Positions 60,242 through 64,000 of a stretch of DNA of 64,000 nt are shown here, one piece after another (the stretch's first letter is position 1; each line of letters starts with the position of its first letter). The stretch spans positions 107,648 through 171,647 of the forward strand of contig CAVZRV010000006.1 of assembly GCA_963777605.1 (NCBI GenBank). The letters are read 5' to 3'. The DNA is from an uncultured Acidobacteriota bacterium. Lineage in GTDB: Bacteria; Acidobacteriota; UBA6911; RPQK01; JAPXNP01. A model generated the notes under the pieces. That model ran no database searches. It was given only the letters and a program-made list of their open reading frames with translations, and was not told the origin of the DNA. The translations under genes were made by a program, and so were the position numbers.

Positions 60242-61264
60242 ATGACGACCCACGAACAGCGCATCCAGGCACTGCAGGAATTCGGGTACAACGAGCGGGA
60301 GGCCGCCTTTCTCACAGTTGCCGCACTTCATGGCGGTTACTTCGTGCGGCGCCAGTACAACCGGTTTGTGGGTTGCCGTAACGGCACGACCGAAATCCAG
60401 CTCGTTCAGCGAGCGGCGGCGAATCGACACTCGCGAGCCACCGTCTTTCCGAATAACACCGGGGTCTATCACCTGTGCGCCCGCCCATTCTACGAGGCCC
60501 TGGGGGATCCGAATAACCGGAACCGGCGCCGCCGTGCGCCGGCCGCCATCAAGACTAGGCTGATGGCCCTCGATTTTGTGCTGACTGATCCGGAGCGGAC
60601 CTACCTGGCCACCGAACGCGAGAAGGTCGATTACTTCACCAGCGAGAGGAAACTCTCTCCGGACCTCCTGCCCGCCAAGCTCTACTCTTCGGAACGGTCG
60701 AACGAGGAGACGACTCGTTACTTCGTCGATAAGTTTCCCCTCTTTGTCTCGTCTGACGACGCCGACTCCTCGCCTGTGGTCTCCTTTTCCTATGTCGACT
60801 CCGGGGCACGGTCTTTAGCGGGCTTCGACACGTTTCTCAATCAGTACAGCCGGCTCTTCGGTCAGTTGGGCACGCTTCGGCTCTTCTACATCGCCGCCTC
60901 TGAACGACACTTCCAGGCGGCAAGGCGCAGAGTGAAGTCCCTCGTCGCAGTGCTCGACTCCGAGGCGGCAAACCAGCCCTACGCGGCCGGTCTCCTCGAG
61001 TACTTTCGCCTGGAGCACCTCTACGAAACCAAGCAGTTTCAGTCCCTGAGCCGGGACCGATTGATCCGTCTGAAGAACGCTCGCCGATTCTTCAACGGCC
61101 CGGACACCCAATCCCTTTTTGAACTCTGGAAAGAGGCTGGCGATCGTGCGGTTGCCGAAAGGATCCAGGATCGCGCAGCGTACCGTTTCCCGATTTCCGT
61201 GGATTTTCAAACCTACCGCCTGGAGCACAGCTATGATTTTCTCGAGAGCTTCAAGAGGCGCTGA
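60242..61264 (+). CDS. uncharacterised protein, candidate replication initiator of the element
   Basis: 340 aa, basic, with an N-terminal wHTH-like segment (GYNEREAAFL..ALHGGYFVRRQY); lies directly after the repeat array; RBS GGAG. Function inferred from context only. Confidence 0.75.
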   Translation: MTTHEQRIQALQEFGYNEREAAFLTVAALHGGYFVRRQYNRFVGCRNGTTEIQLVQRAAANRHSRATVFPNNTGVYHLCARPFYEALGDPNNRNRRRRAPAAIKTRLMALDFVLTDPERTYLATEREKVDYFTSERKLSPDLLPAKLYSSERSNEETTRYFVDKFPLFVSSDDADSSPVVSFSYVDSGARSLAGFDTFLNQYSRLFGQLGTLRLFYIAASERHFQAARRRVKSLVAVLDSEAANQPYAAGLLEYFRLEHLYETKQFQSLSRDRLIRLKNARRFFNGPDTQSLFELWKEAGDRAVAERIQDRAAYRFPISVDFQTYRLEHSYDFLESFKRR

Positions 61265-61309
61265 AATGCCGATCGAACCACCAAGACGATCGAAGACTCG
61301 TCTGCATCA

Positions 61310-61345
61310 GGGTTTCGATACGGATTTCGACTCGGATTTCGAGCT
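61310..61345 (+). repeat. three tandem 12-bp repeats GGATTTCGAnnn
   Basis: GGGTTTCGATAC GGATTTCGACTC GGATTTCGAGCT. Confidence 0.7.
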
Positions 61346-61696
61346 CCAGACGGGGTGAACACTTAGGATTTTCAACAATTTTCGGCACCGCTTCGCGCCC
61401 GTTGGGGCGCTTCACGGGGTCGCAGAGTGGGCGGGAGCGACCCCGGTCATTGGGCGCTTGGGGCGCCCAGACCGATTCCCCTCCCCAAAGGTCGGGCCAG
61501 GGTCGCTCCCGCCCACCTTACGACAGTCCGACCGGCCGGAGTGATCCCAGCAGGCACACTCTCGAACATCGAGGTCTTGACCGGATCCTCGATTGTCAGG
61601 CCTTCCGGTTGCAGGTATCCTGAGGCGACTTGGAAGATCGAGCTCAGCAGGGGTCTTGTCGGGCTCGGGCGAGATACTCGCATCGGAGGAGACCAA

Positions 61697-62809
61697 ATGC
61701 CGCCAGTACGCTATCACGAAGGCCGGTTCCCACCCGTGACGCTCGACTGGTCGGAGCTCATCCCTCTGATCGGCCCTTCGGCCGCGGCGCTGGCACGTTA
61801 CGACGGCATGCTCGCAGCCGTGCCCAGCCCGGATGTACTTCTCTCGCCGCTCTCAACCCAGGAGGCCGTGCTCTCATCCCGGATTGAAGGCACCCAGGCG
61901 ACAATGGGGGAGGTCCTGGAATTCGAGGCGGGAAGAGCGGCTGTGTCACCTGAGCGCCGGGATGATATTCAGGAGATCCTCAACTACCGCGCAGCGATGC
62001 GCGAGGCCGAAAAGCTGCTGGCTAAGCTGCCTCTGTCGCAGCGGGTTCTCCGCCAAGCCCATGCCGTGCTGCTTTCCGGAGTACGTGGTCGACATAGCGC
62101 ACCCGGCCAGTATAGGAAGGTGCCGAATTGGATCGGTCCACCGGGATGCACCATCGAAGAGGCCCACTTTGTTCCGATCGAACCGGACAAGTTGCCCGGT
62201 GCCATGAGCGACTGGGAGCGTTATGCCCATAACGACGGCCCCGACCAGCTCGTACAACTCGCTATCCTGCATGCGGAGTTTGAAGCACTCCATCCGTTCC
62301 TTGACGGAAACGGCCGACTCGGTCGGATGTTGATTCCACTCTTTCTCTGGCAGAGGGGGCTGATCGGTCGACCCATGTTTTACATCAGCGGCTATTTTGA
62401 GTCACGACGAGATGCCTATTACGAAGCTCTGCTGGCCGTGTCACGGGACAATGCTTGGACCGCTTGGTGCCGCTTCTTCCTGGAAGCGGTGAAAACCCAG
62501 GCGGAGGACAATCTCGCGAAGACGAAGGCGATTCTGGATCTCTACGAATCGATGAAACGCCGTGTGCCGGAGTTGACCCGCTCACAATACGCGATGCGGG
62601 CTGTGGACTGGATCTTCCAGCACCCCGTTTTCCGGACCTCGGATTTTGTGGAGTCCGCGGGGATCCCGGCGGCGACGGCTCGGAGATTCTTCAACGTGCT
62701 CTACGAAGGAGAAATACTGCAGGTTCTCGTCGAAGGACGGGGTAGCCGTCCAACCGTCCTGGCATTTCCTGCTCTGATCAACATCGCCGAAGGCAGAGAA
62801 TTGCTTTGA
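61697..62809 (+). CDS. Fic family protein (class II, N-terminal inhibitory motif)
   Basis: HPFLDGNGRLGR catalytic motif, SSRIEGT inhibitory motif, C-terminal HTH-like segment; RBS GGAGGAG. Confidence 0.95.
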   Translation: MPPVRYHEGRFPPVTLDWSELIPLIGPSAAALARYDGMLAAVPSPDVLLSPLSTQEAVLSSRIEGTQATMGEVLEFEAGRAAVSPERRDDIQEILNYRAAMREAEKLLAKLPLSQRVLRQAHAVLLSGVRGRHSAPGQYRKVPNWIGPPGCTIEEAHFVPIEPDKLPGAMSDWERYAHNDGPDQLVQLAILHAEFEALHPFLDGNGRLGRMLIPLFLWQRGLIGRPMFYISGYFESRRDAYYEALLAVSRDNAWTAWCRFFLEAVKTQAEDNLAKTKAILDLYESMKRRVPELTRSQYAMRAVDWIFQHPVFRTSDFVESAGIPAATARRFFNVLYEGEILQVLVEGRGSRPTVLAFPALINIAEGRELL

Positions 62810-62835
62810 TGATCACTCCTTCAAACGGACAGACA

Positions 62836-62903
62836 TTGCTGCTCACTTTTGGCGTCCCGATGAGCGACAAACTGTTTTGTCTTTCATAAGTGAGCGACAA
62901 AAT
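62836..62903. repeat. paired inverted/direct repeats TGAGCGACAAA
   Basis: TGAGCGACAAA at 62861 and 62891, each preceded by an imperfect reverse-complement copy. Confidence 0.6.
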
Positions 62904-63007
62904 GGTTCCACAGCAAGAATCGATTATTCTGTGAGTCCACTGCCGGAGCCAATGGCTGAGTGCGTAGCCCCCTCGTTGCTGCCGCCACTTTCGTGAGAAA
63001 CCGGTCT

Positions 63008-64000
63008 ATGAAAGAGAAACGGCCCGATACCAACTACTCCTACGACAATATCAATCGGCCCACCGGGCGCACCTACTCGGGAGACGGCGGCGTCACGCCG
63101 TCGGTCACTTATACTTACGATCAAGGCACCTACGGGATCGGACAGCTGACCGATCTCACCTCGAGCTGGGCCGACGCCCAGCATCCGGCCAATCTCCTCT
63201 CGTCGATCACCTACAACTCAGCCGGACAACCCGACTATGCCCTCCTGGGGAACAATCGGGAGCTTCGGCGGGGATACCATCCCGTGACCGGACAACTCCA
63301 GCATCACGAGGTCCGAAACATCGACCGGCCCTTCACCAATGCCGGCTTTGAGTCGGGGACGGCGGGCGATGCCTCGGACTGGACCGAGATCCTCGGGTCG
63401 GCCAGAAGCGACGAGACGGCCCTGACCGGCAAGTACTCGTTGAAGCTGGCCTCGGGGTCGCTGGCCCTGGCCTCGGCAAGTAGCTACATCGCCGTCCAGG
63501 GCAGTACCACCTACACCCTGTCCGGCTACCTCTACCTGTCCTACTACCACTCGGGCAACGTCTACATCGATCCCGACGGCGGAAATGCCCAGGGGCAGGC
63601 TTTTACGAACGTCCAAGCGTTTGCCGACACGTCGAAGATCGGCACGTGGCAGCGCGTCTCGGCGACGTTTACGACCGCGGCCGGGACGACTGGAGTCAAG
63701 GTGCGCGTGGTCCATGACGGAGGACAATCCGGAATGTCGGCCGTCTTCTGCGCCGATGAGCTGTCGATTACCGCGGGCACGACGGCTCCGGCAGCGGCGT
63801 GGACCTACGATTACCGGGAGGGCAATATTCGGATCGACAATCCCAGTTTCGAATCCGGATCTTCGACGAACGCCATCGGCTGGAATCAGAGCAGTGCGTA
63901 TCGAGACACTGCCCAAGCCAAGCAAGGTAGCTATTCGATGCGGCTCACTTCCTCATCGACCGCCACAGCCAGAGCCAGAAGCTACTCGTTGGTCCGCGGC
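63008..64000 (+). CDS. RHS/YD-repeat protein with inserted CBM4/9-like domains (N-terminally incomplete, runs off the window)
   Basis: Open frame absent from the ORF track: YSYDNINRPTGRTYS..VTYTYD..GIGQLT, ITYNSAGQ; then NAGFESG..W..GKYSLK..TYTLSGY..WQRVSATFT and a second NPSFESG unit. Confidence 0.8.
   Translation, partial: MKEKRPDTNYSYDNINRPTGRTYSGDGGVTPSVTYTYDQGTYGIGQLTDLTSSWADAQHPANLLSSITYNSAGQPDYALLGNNRELRRGYHPVTGQLQHHEVRNIDRPFTNAGFESGTAGDASDWTEILGSARSDETALTGKYSLKLASGSLALASASSYIAVQGSTTYTLSGYLYLSYYHSGNVYIDPDGGNAQGQAFTNVQAFADTSKIGTWQRVSATFTTAAGTTGVKVRVVHDGGQSGMSAVFCADELSITAGTTAPAAAWTYDYREGNIRIDNPSFESGSSTNAIGWNQSSAYRDTAQAKQGSYSMRLTSSSTATARARSYSLVRG

Larger units (their letters stand above)
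59690..64000. mobile_element. end of an integrative element inserted in tRNA-Val (continues beyond the window)
   Basis: tRNA 3' fragment, ACTAACCA direct repeats, iteron-like array, Rep-like gene, Fic and RHS cargo. Confidence 0.75.

Overview
A GC-rich bacterial window, most likely Acidobacteriota (inferred from the VWFA-related acidobacterial domain protein, the SWK..A..LG..VRT.Q.WE..LGLPVHR HTH family and the many Tat-exported sugar enzymes). Many genes are broken by single-base frameshifts, which look like long-read errors. Bases 1-43.4 kb are core or carbohydrate-catabolic genes: MFS transporter, M24 peptidase, eukaryote-like citrate synthase, cytochrome c, non-pyrrolysine MttB, GH27, sulfatase, a pfkB-GH4-APC-PIG-L operon, NagX and an RND pump. 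This part also holds an exported thioredoxin-fold selenoprotein (UxxC with a SECIS-like hairpin) that the ORF track splits. Bases ~43.4-59.6 kb look like an old, decaying island: qNOR, a sigma54-driven PEP-CTERM gene, a cyclase/IS200 fusion scar, an ECF sigma with a Ser/Thr kinase, and a tyrosine-integrase remnant. It ends at the 3' half of a tRNA-Val (att site). Beyond that a second integrated element begins, with arm-type repeats, six iteron-like 16-bp repeats plus an AT-rich tract, an uncharacterised Rep-like gene, a Fic gene and an RHS/YD protein running off the window. All family calls come from motif recognition; no database searches were run.
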